A program made the translations under genes and the position numbers. From Octopus sinensis (Eukaryota), in the NCBI RefSeq assembly GCF_006345805.1, contig NC_043003.1:36146001-36210000 (forward strand): a stretch of DNA of 64,000 nucleotides, read 5' to 3'. Under the pieces are notes generated by a model that saw nothing but the letters and a program-made list of their open reading frames with translations, did not search any database and was not told the DNA's origin. The number at the start of each line of letters is the position of its first letter. Within the stretch, counting starts at the first letter, position 1. Shown piece after piece: positions 1 through 13,723 of this stretch.

Positions 1-69
1 CTGTGGTAGATCTAATCGACTGCTCCTCTCCCCCGAATTTCGAGCCTTTCCTTGTGCCTCGAATAAAAA
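1..69 (+). mobile_element. 3' end of tRNA-derived SINE (same family as 56735-56968)
   Basis: gtagatctaatcgact...cccccgaatttcgagcctt...gtgcct resembles the 3' parts of the family copies at 10.98-11.03 kb, 44.15-44.2 kb and 55.38-55.43 kb; followed by an (ATT)n tail. Confidence 0.55.
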
Positions 70-120
70 GATTATTATTATTATTATTATTATTATCATT
101 ATTATTATTATTATTATTAT

Positions 121-166
<46 letters not shown>
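70..166. repeat. (ATT)n(TAG)n compound microsatellite
   Basis: Direct reading. Confidence 0.95.
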
Positions 167-1540
167 TGTATTCTGTTTGTCAAAGTTACTTTCGCCACAT
201 ATTTTGTGATCTTTTCAGCGACATTCTGTCCATCGTGTCTCCTCTTTTCTCTGGGCTTCTCCAGTCCATTCCATTTTGTCTTTCTGTAGTATGTATCCCT
301 GTCTGCGCATACGTTTCCATCTATATCCGCGTCTATCGGTATATGTTTAGTATGTGTACGTGTGTTTTGTTGTGTACGTGTATACGGATTTGTATATTAC
401 ATTATTTGTATCGGTGTCTTTTATTCAATTTTGCAACTCATATTATATATATATATGAGCGCCTCCGGGGTGGAGAGCTTGAGATATTTTCCTGAAACCA
501 TATTTGTTTATCTATGGTGACGAGCGATGAAATAATCAGCATGACATTGAACAAAAATGTCCTTTGATATCTGGTTTTGCTGATTCCTACTGAGCACTTC
601 ATAGGTTTTCATTACATCGTTGAATTAATATCATCGAGTGACGACTTTTTCAAATGCATACTCACTAATGTGTTCCTGCGTATTGTTTTAACTCAATATT
701 TTAAATTTCTGTTGCTTGCTTTGGAATTTAAATTGAGTAATGAGTATTTTAACGCATTTTTCCAGAAAAAAAGTGTTTTTTATAATGTACTAATTTTAGT
801 AATATTTTTTCCATGTACTGCTATCATTTACTGCTCGCTATTTTTGTGCGAAATTATAGTAATTGGAAGTTTAAAGAAATTTAAATTATATTCACTTTTG
901 TAAAAACTGCTTCAGTTTTCACTTCGGGAATCACTGCTGATATATCCTACTGCATAAAACACTATACTGCATAAACCACTATACAAGGCTCTTAGAATTC
1001 TATCCAACATGTTTCTGTTTATGAATTGTTCTGCAGACAATATTGGCTTGTTATGTAGACCCACGATGTTACAAAAACAAACATTTTCACAAAATATTTA
1101 AAAAAATGTGATTGAGTACGGAATGTTACTTGCCGCCAGTACAGAGCATGTGTAAAAAAAATAATCCACAGATTGCTGAATTGCAATTTTGTGAGGTATG
1201 TCATATTTGGAGTTTCTGTCTGAACATCTACTTTTCTTTGCAAGACATAGTGTTGACATCCATTGCATTCATTAAAACATGTGTCAATTTGCATTGTCAG
1301 TCATTTCTATTATAGATTATTGCTTTGTTGTTACTTATTACCTTTATGAATACTTTGGATTATTTAAAAGAAACTGATGATCTTGTCTATAGAAAGCTAC
1401 CTCTGCATAATTTTATAACGAAATATTATGTTTGCCTTTGGGTTGCATTTGCAAGCCTCTTCATGTAAAATATTATGCTGAAATTGGTTTTGTTGCATTT
1501 TAAGAGTAATATACACATGCAGTGGTACTATTCCAATTTG

Positions 1541-1687
<147 letters not shown>

Positions 1688-4600
1688 GGAACACCGGGGG
1701 ACGTTTAAGAGTGAACACCGGGGGACGTTTAAGATGTAAGAAGGAAAATTCAGAGCTCCGAAATCTATCCACAAACATCGAAAACAAGAACATCCTATAG
1801 AGCCAAAGTTTTACTAACAAAGAATTGGACTGTATCCGAGTAAGTAATACTAATTGAAATTTATTACTATTTTCGAAACGAAATGATGTATTTTGACTCG
1901 ATATCATCTCCACCTCTAACGCAACACATGTAAACATGCGTGGAACATCACGATCATCCCCGACCCCAAACACCATGTACAAAGGAACTACGAAGAAATT
2001 AAATGCCACCGATACTATTCAACCCAAGAATAACAATCGAGCGGTACGTACATTAAACTTACAACAAAAAATGTACGAAAAACTACACGTGCGAAATAAT
2101 GTGACAACAGAAATAAACGGACCGGTACCCTACGAAAATGACGACCGTCAAAATAATGGGCCGGACGTTGTACCTCATGTCCCGCAAATAAGACCCAAAA
2201 GACGTAAATAGACACGTGAGGAATACATTTCTATCTTACACGCATACTTCACAGCAGTACTCTACCCTAAAAATGAAAATACAACAACACATACATATAA
2301 AATATGGAAGGAAAATAATAGAGATATAGACTTGGATACAGCAATGAACCCTAATAAATTAGCTAACGTACGAAGATACATTCTCAACACAAAAAAATTA
2401 TCAGAAATAGAAATACAACACCTAAAAGAAAACATACACCAGGAAAATGTAGATAGAAGCCACACAACAATGCCCAATAATATAAACACTGAAACTGTAA
2501 AACACGAAGACAAACGCAACATTCCCAACAAAGACGATGTAAACAACGAAGGGGAGCCTAATGATTATGATAATATAAAAAATAAAATAATCAAAGAACT
2601 GAAAACCACAGAGCTCAAAATGGACCACCGGCCATACCTCCCAAGAATAAAAATAAACGAAATAACAACACCTATTATAAACAGCATAAACCTAGCCGTC
2701 ACTGAACTGATAGCCACTGAATAAAAAAAAAGTGATATCACTAAGCTAAATAACCTAATATACGCAGCAGCCACTGCAGCCACAAAAGAAGCTGGATACT
2801 CACCCAAACCTGCCCAAACAGGAGTACCACCACCCAAACAAACCCTGTGGATAAATAACATCCAAAGCAAAATAAAAAAAATTAGAAAAGACCTGTCGAT
2901 TCTTAATGAAATCAGCAAACTATCAACGCTACTGAGCAACAAAAAGAGAACAAAAATACTCCGCAAATATAACATCACAGAGAAAGATTTGCCTGAAATA
3001 AAAGAAAAGCTGAAGCAAGATATCCTTGCCAAAGCACAAAGGATCCGCCGGTACAAGAAACGCCAACGCTTCTTTGAAGAAAACAAAAAGTTCAACTCCA
3101 ACCCCAAAAAGTTCTACCAAGAACTGGGCAAAAATAAAATAGAAGTCACTGCAGCACCAACGGCAGAAGAATTGGAAGAATTCTGGAGAGAAATATGGTC
3201 GGCGAACGAACCACCAAAAAAAAGGAGTATCAAAATAACAAACTCGGCATCTGAACAACTTTGGACCCCCATAACAACTGAAGAGGTCACCCAGGCACTG
3301 CAAAGACTAAGAAACTGGAAGGCACCTGGGCATGACAAGATCCCCAACTTCTGGTTGAAATATCTAACAGGAATGCACAAAAAGCTGGCTGAAAAATTTA
3401 ACACCATACTAGCAGAGCCAGAGACAATGCCTGAATGGCTCACGAAGGGGAAAACCATCTTAATTCCCAAATCAAATGAAACAGAAAAACCAGAAAACTA
3501 CAGACCAATAACCTGCCTCCCTACTATGTTCAAGGCATTTACTGCAGTGATATCACAAAGGCTGAACAAGCACCTGGACGAAAACAAACTGTTCCCAGAA
3601 GAGCAGAAAGGATGCCGCAAAGGCTCATATGGCTGTAAAGATCAACTAATGATTAATAAAGCCATAACTGAAGACAGCCACAGAAAGAAGAAAGGCCTCA
3701 GTATGGCCTGGATTGACTACAAAAAGGCGTTTGATAGCATCCCCCACACATGGATCCTCGAAACACTAGCCATTAACAAAGTAGCACCAACAATCATAAC
3801 ATTCATACAGCACTCTATGAGCACTCTATGAATAAATGGCAAACAGTCCTACACCTCCAAACAAAAGAGGGACTCATGAAAACCAAAGACATCCCCATTA
3901 GAAGAGGAATATTCCAGGGAGACACGCTCTCTCCACTCCTTTTCTGCTTGGCACTGTCACCTCTATCTGATATGCTAAATAGAACTGGATGCGGATATAA
4001 ATGTTACGGCAAAACGATCAGCCACCTTTTATATATGGATGACCTAAAACTATCCGCTGCAAATGACAAACAGCTGGAAACACTATAAAGACAGTTCATG
4101 GATTTACCAAAGAAATAGATATGAAATTTGGATTAGAAAAATGCGCCAAAGTAACCATGAAAAGAGGAAAACTAGTTAAGAGTAACAACATCACACTAGA
4201 TAAAACCAATGAAATAAAAGAATTAGACCAAAGCCAAACTTACAAATACTTAGGAATCCATGAACTAGATAAGACACAGCACACACAAATGAAAGAGAAA
4301 ATAAAAAAAGAATATTATAGACGAGTCAGACCAATACTAAACACAGTTATAAGTTACAGCTACAATATCCTTAACTGGACACGAAATGAACTGACCAAAA
4401 TAGATAGGAAAACAAAAAAAATAATGACAGGATCTAGGATGCATCACCCAAAATCTGACATAGAAAGACTATATATACAACGTATAGAATGTGGTAGAGG
4501 CCTTATACAGCTGGAAAACTACTATAAATAACCACCATAGGACTGCAAAAATATCTACTTCAGAAGGAAGGAAAACTGATCCAGATAGCGGCAAAATACG

Positions 4601-5661
4601 AGCAAAACAAAAAACTGTTCTCAGTATTTAAGGAAGCTGACAAATACAAACAAGAAATCATACCACCTAATAAACATGAAGAAGAAGAAGAAGAAGAAGA
4701 AGAAGAAGAAGAAGAAGAAGAAGATGAAGAAACAACAAAAGCTATAAACAAATGAAATCCAAACTAAAAATAGAACAGCAACGAACCATGATAAAACGAT
4801 GGCAAGAAAAGCCCCTTCATGGTAAATACTGGACTAAACTAAACGCAAAAGAAATAGACAAAGAAAAATCCCAGCAATGGTTGAGAAGCTCAGGACTCAA
4901 AGCAGAAATAGAGGGAGTTTTAATTGCAGTACAAGACCAAAGCCTCCCCACCAGAAATTACAAAAACATGTAATGAAAAGAAATATAACATGTAACAGCA
5001 GAATATGTGGAGATGGACAAGAAACAATAAATCATATTATCTCTAGCTGCCCAGTCCTGGCCAAGAAGGAATATATTCACAGACATGACAGATTTGGAAC
5101 CTACATACATTGGAAGCTATGCCAACATTATGGAATAACAACAGAAATAAGATGGTATAGGCACACACCAGAAAAGGTCACAGAAAACGAGAAAGCAACC
5201 ATACTCTGGGATATGCCGATACACACAGATAGAGAAATTAAGGCCAACAGACCAGATATAGTTGTCAGAGACCATGAAGAAAAAAAAATGCTTTCTAATT
5301 GATGTATCAATACCGGCTGATGACAACGTGTCTCTAAAAGAAATGGAGAAACTCTCAAAATACAAAGACCTGGAAATAGAGGTAACTAGAATGTGGAATC
5401 TGAAAACAGAAACAATTCCTATCACAGTAGGTGCATTAGGCATGATAAAAAAATATTCAGACAAATACATAACAAAAACACCAGGACTTACAAACACATA
5501 TAACATACAGAAAATTGCACTACTAGGCACTGCACACATCCTACGCAGAACACTTTCCATACAATAACCATCAGAGTATCACAACAAATCACAGCACATA
5601 CCCAAGGCACACAGAGCTGCGCTCGGTAGGGAAGTGAAAGCACGCTATAAAAATAAAACTA

Positions 5662-5664
<3 letters not shown>
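1688..5664 (+). mobile_element. R4/Dong-clade non-LTR retrotransposon (RT + C-terminal restriction-like endonuclease), near full length, disabled
   Basis: One ancestral ORF with RT motifs (YRPITCL, WIDYKKAFDS, GIFQGDTLSP, YMDD at 4032-4043), a degenerate CCHC knuckle (SRICG..ETINHIISSC) and RLE motifs (RPDIV, FLIDV, KLSKY). About 100 bp 3' UTR runs directly into (AAT)n; (TAA)n on both sides. Confidence 0.95.
1936..5567 (+). pseudogene. RT-RLE polyprotein pseudogene, about 1200 codons
   Basis: Frame 1 from 1936 to 3831 has in-frame stops at 2209-2211 (RK*TREE, normally W) and 2722-2724. Frameshifts at about 3820 (11-bp duplication), 4085, 4530, 4750, 4965 and 5285. Apparent in-frame deletion near 4340 (RRVRPIL-NTVISYS). 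Confidence 0.9.

Positions 5665-5746
<82 letters not shown>
5665..5746. repeat. (AAT)n microsatellite (LINE tail/target)
   Basis: Direct reading. Confidence 0.95.
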
Positions 5747-5749
<3 letters not shown>

Positions 5750-5750
<1 letters not shown>

Positions 5751-6450
5751 CATTGCTTACTAAAAACTAAAAGACCATCTCGTTTCGGTAATGTCCTGTG
5801 ATGACACCAAACGAATACAAAAATCGCTACGACAGGGCAGGACAGTATTTACATTGGAAAATATGTAAACACAACAAAATCAGTACTCCTACCTACTAGT
5901 ATGAGCATCATCCAGAACCTGTCGTTGGAGGTAAAATGTCACTATCCTCTGAGATTTTTCAGTCAGCATCGACAGAACCATCCAGGCATAATCATTAAAG
6001 ACAGAGAAGAAAATACTTGTTGACTAAAAGACGTAAATGTTTCCACTGATAAAAATATATCTGTAAAGGAATTTGACAAATTAACTAAATATAAGAACCT
6101 GAAAATTGAAATACAAAAGATGTGGCATCTTAAAGCGAGAACCATTCCTACTATTTTGGGAGCCCTATGTATGGTAAGAAAGGGATGTCAGAAACATTTA
6201 GATGATATCTCATGAAAACCATGTCTCAGCGAAATCCAAAATATTGTGCTGACAAATATTGCCCACATCCATAGAAAAACCCTATCAATTTAAATGTCTG
6301 TGTTGTATTACATGAAAATATTTCGCTAGTGTCCCTGCCACTTCCCCACCTCAAGCTTTCAGTCATACAGTAACATCTCTTATTCTTCACTCACCCTAGG
6401 ACGCTGGGTGTGTCTCGGCGAGTGATTGTAACAAGCATGCAGATTAAAAG
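5750..6450 (+). mobile_element. Older 5'-truncated R4/Dong-type LINE (RLE domain + 3' UTR) of a different subfamily
   Basis: Degenerate translation EYKNRYDRAGQYLHWKICKH...KLTKYKNLKIEIQKMWHLKARTIPTILGAL...AHIHRKTLSI* (stop about 6293) parallels the C-terminus of the upstream element; ends in (AAT)n. Confidence 0.85.
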
Positions 6451-6668
<218 letters not shown>

Positions 6669-6870
6669 AAAGGGAAGGCAAAAATCTGAGATTTTGACTT
6701 CCAGACGGACAAGACTTTAGAGCACCAAATCCCAGATACAGTAACCTTTAAGAGGGACAAACAAGAGTGTCTAATAATCGATGTGGCAATGGCGGGAGAT
6801 GAACATATTAACATGAAAGAAAGGGAACAGTCTGATAAATATGGAAACCTCTCTAGGAGTCTAGGAGCCG
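6669..6870 (+). mobile_element. Third RLE-domain LINE fragment
   Basis: Translation DFDFQTDKTLEHQIPDTVTFKRDKQECLIIDVAMAGDEHINMKEREQSDKY matches the PD..(D)..K.KY region of R4-type RLE. Confidence 0.75.
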
Positions 6871-7563
6871 AACCCACGTCTCTATATCCGTGAACCCAGA
6901 CTAACCATTAGGTCAGGCGAAATTGACATTTGTCTCATAAGTTCTCATCAGTGAATTATATTTTCCTCATTTCGATAATTTCATGAAATGCATTTCTTTA
7001 TAAAATATTTTCTTATCTTAATATTAAACTTTGGAATTAAATGGCATGTAGCATTATATAAGTCTGTAAAATTATATTGGAACTTTTCAGGAGTAACGTT
7101 AGTATTTGTCTCAGATGTTTCCAAATACATGTTAAATTTGAAGTTAGTACGTATCAATTTCATGATTTTGCGCACTGAAACAGAGTAGCAGTGAAACGAC
7201 TGTAGACATACAACGAACAGCTTAGGTTGATATTTGATTATAGGCACTATTATCATCAAATAATATTTAAACTGATATGAAAGTGTACGTATAGTTGTCA
7301 TAATATGGCGTAAATATTTGAGTCCCAGTACACGATGTCCGATCAAATTGCAAATTAGACTATTGCAACTAAGAGAATTGAATAGATTATACACAGTTTT
7401 GGAACATTGCTGTAATATTTCAAGCTTGTGCCTTAGTGATTTGTAGTTATGATTTCGTTGTTATATATGATTTCTATTCTTCTGTCTTCGATGGACTATA
7501 AGTTTGTCTCTGTCCCTGGCGTTCAATTAATAGACACACACACATATAAATATACAAACACAC

Positions 7564-7638
<75 letters not shown>

Positions 7639-7640
<2 letters not shown>

Positions 7641-7790
7641 GGAGTAAACACATAACTGTGAAACTAGGTGGAAAAAGAGTACTCAAATACCAGGAGTAGA
7701 GTAATATGCTTTATTTAAAAGCAGCAGAAAATTCAACGTGAAACTCAGCGTAACAGGTTTTGTTGAATTTTCTGCTGCTTTTAAATAAAG
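7639..7790. mobile_element. Short fold-back insertion in (TA)n, probable PLE pLTR remnant
   Basis: Perfect 29-bp inverted repeat at 7709-7737 / 7762-7790; spacer carries GAAACTCAGCGTA (hammerhead 3' half-like); (TA)n on both sides. Confidence 0.6.
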
Positions 7791-7797
7791 TATATAT

Positions 7798-7857
<60 letters not shown>

Positions 7858-8149
7858 ATATATATACATACATACATACATATATGTGTGTATGTGTGTG
7901 TGGATACACACATATCCTGACAGGGGAGGTAACTGCCTCTAGACCGTCTCAAGGATCAACCAGACTACGCCTAGTTACGTCTATACTGAAACTAGCCCTG
8001 GTCAGGCTAATCCTCGGGACGGTTATCATGTGCTTACCTTCCCTGTCAGTATGCGTATTTTTTGCTCTTGCTGCAGCACACACACACACACACACACTGG
8101 AAACAATTTTACCTACACATATACACACTCGCAAGTGTGCACACAGACA

Positions 8150-8182
<33 letters not shown>

Positions 8183-10299
8183 AAAATAAAATTATTTTTA
8201 TAATGAAAATTCTCTAAAATTTTACAGCGTATCAGCATGTAGTAGAGTTATATGTTCTTGTTAGTGCTTCTGTTCGTGCTTAGCTCACATGACACATAGT
8301 ATAAATAAAAGGTCTCTATATTGTTACCGTTAAAGTTATTTGTATGTGATAGTGTTTCATATTGTCTCCAGTTTAATCTCTAGACTCAGCATCTTAAGAA
8401 AATATTCTCCCTTTGCTCTAGCAAATTGTTAGGCTGCTTTCTTTATTTCTACGAAACGGAAGTATTTTGAGATTCCCACTCTCCTGACTTGGTCTGCTCA
8501 GCTTGTTTTGGACCGATATAGTTCTAAATTCTATCATGTCCATCCAGTAAACTAACACGCTTCGCAAGTTATACAAGCATTTACTTTGAATTGTTTTTTA
8601 ATCGTTAAATTTTAAAATTTGACATTCTTCAACTGAATTACCCTTCAACAAATGCTACTTGCATAACATATTCTTCTTTCTTACAGATCTTTTACGATTG
8701 TCAGTCTCTCTTCAAATTTAATGATTTGTGACTCGTTAATAGCTTTACTTAGATTCAGGAGCTGGCGTGGAAGTGGAAGATATCATGTTGCGAAATCTAA
8801 GGCGTATTAGTTTCTGGAAGATTTCATTTATTTATTTATTTTGTTATCCAAGAAATATGGTAACTTGTGCTTCGTTTATGTCATAACTTTTTAAGTCTTC
8901 CAGGTATTTTTGTATTCAGAGGTATACTTTACAGCACCCCGGTATATCTTCTCTGTAATTGAATCTCAACTATTGTACATGCATGTCTTTCCATCTTAAG
9001 TAGGAAAATTAGCATGGCAGTGTATCCTAATCTTTACCGTAGAAATTGGCTTTAATAATTTCATTTGCCCCAAACTCTCAAATAATGAAAGTTCTCATTT
9101 AGGGAGTTTCTATTGTAAATATGATTAATTCGTTAGATTTTATATGCATTTTTCCTATAAATCTCAGAACATGTAATGACAATAGATAAATATGTTTGTG
9201 TTATCTTTTAATAGATTTGGAACCTCTGATATAAACAGGCTTACAATTTTTCCTTCATCAGTGTAAAAGGACAGTTTTTTGCCCATTACTCTACCTGTGC
9301 TATCTTCCCTGTACTTTTTACTAATAGTGTTACCTTTTTCACGGAATATATGTGCAGAATAAACTTACGCGGACTCCTATTGAAATACTTTTAATGATCA
9401 ATTAGATTCATATCTCCCTTTCTATAGTATTATGTGATGCATTTCTAAATTAGGGATTGATCTTTACAGCCATTATACATCCGTCATAGAATTTATTCCT
9501 GAAAGCGTGTTTTATTTTACCAAATATTTATGCTCCTTTTATATTGTAATTCAATTTTGCAAATTGTAGAAGTCGTGTTAATGATCCGTAGTAAGTGTTT
9601 CAAGTATTTTTTGCTTTAAGCATTAAGGTAGTTTTCCTATGTGAGACAACTAGTTGTTGTTTCAGCTCCCTCTGTATCTCATTAAGCACCTCTACCAGCA
9701 CCGTTATGGTAAGACATATTTTCACCTGAAGTGGCGTAAAATAATTGTCACTTGTTTCTTTACTTGATGCTGCGTTAGCTATTCTGAATAAAATCGTCCG
9801 TGATGATTCGTTGGCTACCCTAAACCCATCTTCAAATTTTCTACTTTTCGGTTGCGTTCCAATTTGAGCAAGTTCTTGATAACATTGTTTGGAGATGCAG
9901 TCGAAATACTAGTTTCCAAAAAATCGCTGTGGATTCCCATATCAAAAGATTATTAGCGCTTTAGTGACGAACTATGCTGTCATGCGTTCTCACATCCTAG
10001 ATATTTCCTTTTATCATTTTATGTTGCTTATATTTTTGCGTTAGACATAATAGTTTTTCTATAGTAGTTTCCCTCCCCAATTGAGTAAGTTTGCTAATGA
10101 TTTCTTTAAGATTTGAAAGATTTCTTTCTTTTTCTATCTCGTCCTCCTGATTTCTTATCTGTTATATGTCCTTAGGTTTTGAATTTCGCTTTTAACTAGG
10201 CCTGATGGAGTACTCCTTTTACTATTAATATCTACATTAACATTATCAACATCATTATTATGATTATAGCTATTACTACTCCTACTTCTACTATTATTA

Positions 10300-10336
<37 letters not shown>

Positions 10337-10369
10337 TATTATTATTATTATTATTACTTATACTACTGT

Positions 10370-11030
10370 CATAGTCGTTAGTCCTTCGCAAAAAATGCTT
10401 AGCAGTATTTCCTTTCGCCCCCTAGTGTCTTGAGTTCAGATTACATCGGTGTCGATTTTGTCTTTCATTATTTTGGAGTCCAGAAAATAAGTACTAGTTG
10501 AACACTGAGTCGATGTTATGGTCGTCCCTGCGCCTCAGATCTGCTGGCATCGTGCTATAATATGAAGAGATTATCATTACAGGGGTGAACTAGCAGAATC
10601 GTTAGCGCATCGCGAAAAATAATTAACGAAATTTCTTCCGTTGTATTGACTCCGGACTTTAAATCCCGCGGAAATCACCTTAACCATTCATTGTTTCGAG
10701 GATCGAGAAAGTAAGTATAAGTTTAGCACTACGGTCGGTGTAAACGACTTAACCATAGTCTTAAATGTGTTGGCCTTGTAACAAAATATGAAGAACTTAT
10801 AATTATTATTTGTAGTAGTTCTTCTAAGGCGACCATCAAGCAGATTCCTTAGCACGCTAGTACAAGATGCTTAGCAGCATTTCTTCTCATTTTACGTTCA
10901 GAGTAAAACTTCCATAGAAATCGACTTTGTCATTTAATATTTTGGGGTCGATGAAATATGAACCAGTCGAACACTGGGTTCAGTGTAATCGATTGACTAC
11001 CCCACCATAAAATTTCAGACCTTGTGATAA
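10370..11030 (+). mobile_element. Three tandem decayed copies of the tRNA-derived SINE family
   Basis: The motifs gaatcgttagc..aatgcttagc..gtcgattt(t)gtc..cattattttgg(a/g)gtc recur at about 10380, 10590 and 10830. Confidence 0.7.
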
Positions 11031-11900
11031 TAGGAGAAACTATTATTGTCACTAATATTTGTTGTAGTAGTACGAACAGCAGTAGCAGTAATAGTGGTAT
11101 TGAGGGTAATGACTATGCTGGTGGTACTAGTCGTAGTAACAGCAGCAGAAATATTTTTTTGTTGCATTGATCACTCAGCTCAATTGTCATATAAATATGT
11201 GTGTAGATGGCGATTTGGTAGTAGTATTTGAATTTTTATTTCGATTAGTTTTCTCTCTAAATAATTATATTATCGTTAGTTTAGTTCTTGAAATAAACAA
11301 CCTGGAACTGTTCTCGCTTTAATGAGAATATTTTCCAAATCTGATTCAATGATTAAAATTATATTTATGTTTCGTGTTCTGAAGCTAAAGAATTGATAGC
11401 GTGTATTTGTATGCATGATTTTTAACACATAGACACACACACAGACACATACACACAGCACACATATGTATAAATTTATTTATATTTATATTTATAGAGA
11501 AATGTATATCTGAATGTTTATAAGTACGTATGTATGTTTGTCTTTGTGCGCATCTGTATATTTATTGCACAATTCACTGACTGCAGTCATGAGAGAAGTT
11601 TCACAAATAAAAAAGAGATCATTAGAATCTATGTGATTTTCATTAGGTAAAGCTTTATATGTATTCTCATGAGCAATTAGTCAGATTTTAATTTTACGCT
11701 GAAATTATAACAACGGTCGATTTATCTAGGCACATAGCTTCCATTAAAAATACATTTCCCTTGTTTATATACAAACACACAACATATCTGGCACCCACCC
11801 ATACGTGTTAGAAATAAATATGCAGTAATACGCTCCATCACACAATGTTAAATGATTACATACAAATAGTGACACACACATGTATTAAATATTTACAAAC

Positions 11901-11945
<45 letters not shown>

Positions 11946-12090
11946 TATTATTATTAAATATATACATTTGTATATATGAATTTATCTATCTGTCTATCTA
12001 CTTATCTATCTATCTCTGCCCCTCTCTTTCTTCCTCTCTTTCTCTATACACTCACACACACACGCACATATATATATATATATTATATAT

Positions 12091-12122
<32 letters not shown>

Positions 12123-12304
12123 CATATGTATGTATTTATAAGTTTGTTTATTAGGAATGTGTATTCATACGCATTTCATGAAGTCACACAAGCGCACACA
12201 CGAGAATGATTCACTTACCTATTACATATTTATCTCTTTTGTGATAGTGTGCGCGTAATTATTTATTGATACACTGTATCTATGTATATATAAGGTGAAT
12301 ATGA

Positions 12305-12366
<62 letters not shown>

Positions 12367-12451
12367 TAATGCGCATATACATATATACATACACACATAC
12401 AAACGTGTATATATATATACATATATATACATATGTATATAAATATATATG

Positions 12452-12483
<32 letters not shown>

Positions 12484-12493
<10 letters not shown>

Positions 12494-12666
12494 TATTCGA
12501 GACAAAACCACTATTTTGCAAAACAAACAAGGAAAGACTTAATCAATACATAAAATTTTAATAAATTTTGTCTCGAATAATATTTTATAATATTTTACTA
12601 TAAAATCGATTTAATCCTAAATCTGATTTTTTCCCTGTAAATTTGGATTTATTCCCTAATATTTAT

Positions 12667-12670
<4 letters not shown>
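12484..12670. mobile_element. Short fold-back insertion in (TA)n
   Basis: Perfect 24-bp inverted repeat at 12484-12507 / 12566-12589; (TA)n on both sides. Family identity (PLE-type) is inferred only. Confidence 0.5.
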
Positions 12671-12739
<69 letters not shown>

Positions 12740-12740
<1 letters not shown>

Positions 12741-12960
12741 GTATACTTTATTACTAAAGCTGCATAGACATCAGAAAAACTGTTACTCAGAGTTTAATGT
12801 TCATGTTCGTCGGACAGTTTTGGTTGAGAATGGTTATATGCATAAATATAGAATTACTTTGATGGATACACATTTGAAAATGGTTTTTTTTTCCTGGTCC
12901 TTTCAGCAAGCGATCTTTTCAATAACCAGTTACATTAAATTAGAATTACGATTTAAAATC
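12740..12960 (-). mobile_element. Decayed PLE 3' end with degenerate hammerhead-like motif (12780-12817)
   Basis: Minus strand reads ctgt-CCGACGA-acatgaacat-TAAA-ctctgag-TA-acag: stem I and palindromic stem III intact, two core positions mutated. Confidence 0.35.
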
Positions 12961-13723
12961 ATACTATAAAAAATCGAAGAATCATGAAATCAAAAATTAG
13001 CTCTAGTAAAAGGAAAAAAAACTGAATACCCAGGGTATATTAATTAATGGTAAAGAATAATAAATTTGAATAAATTAAAAAGATATTTCCGTTTGAAATA
13101 CAAGCATTTACGAAGGACTAACATCATTAAAATACATGCACATACCAAAGAACCTATATATACATATATACACTAAACATACAAATGTTGGTACATGCCT
13201 ACATACACAAATAAATAAATACAAGCAAAAAAATATATACAACTGCATATATAGGTATTCACGTACAAATATATACGTACATAATACTTCTCCGTTTGTG
13301 TTCCAAATATTCAACGTAGTTGTTACAAGCTAGAGAAATACATCGAAAAGAAATATAAGTGATGGGCGAACGAAATTAATATTAATATCAATAATATTAA
13401 TATTAATATGCTAAGCTACTGGTATTAATTGATTAATATCAATTTCTACCTTTATTATTTAATTTAAAAAAAAATGTTCTGTAACCTGATGCTGAAATTT
13501 ATTTAATTACAGATATATACAGATATATATACGCTCACATAGATATACGCAACCGTAAGTGCGCTTACTAATACATACTTATATATACACATGGGATCAC
13601 ATATAGAGATACATGTATATACGTACACACCGACAGATGCACACATGCATACGCATATATGTACATACATATATATATGCGTATACATATGAGTGTGTGT
13701 TTGTTTGTATATACAACCAAATA

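Noticed and set aside
577-1120. Hydrophobic ORF plus a downstream VDPRCY..KHFHKIFKK segment reminiscent of GPCR TM7/helix 8
   Set aside because: Hydrophobic ORFs are expected in T-rich DNA; no coherent seven-TM spacing or other motif
1689-1734. Direct repeats as a CRISPR-like array
   Set aside because: Only two copies with a 2-nt spacer, at a eukaryotic LINE junction
7915-8030. Hammerhead-like GAAACTAGCCCTGGTC motif
   Set aside because: No intact CUGANGA or matching stem I found upstream
8300-10150. Possible very old L1/Tx1-like RT on the minus strand
   Set aside because: Only vague motif echoes; cannot be supported without a profile search
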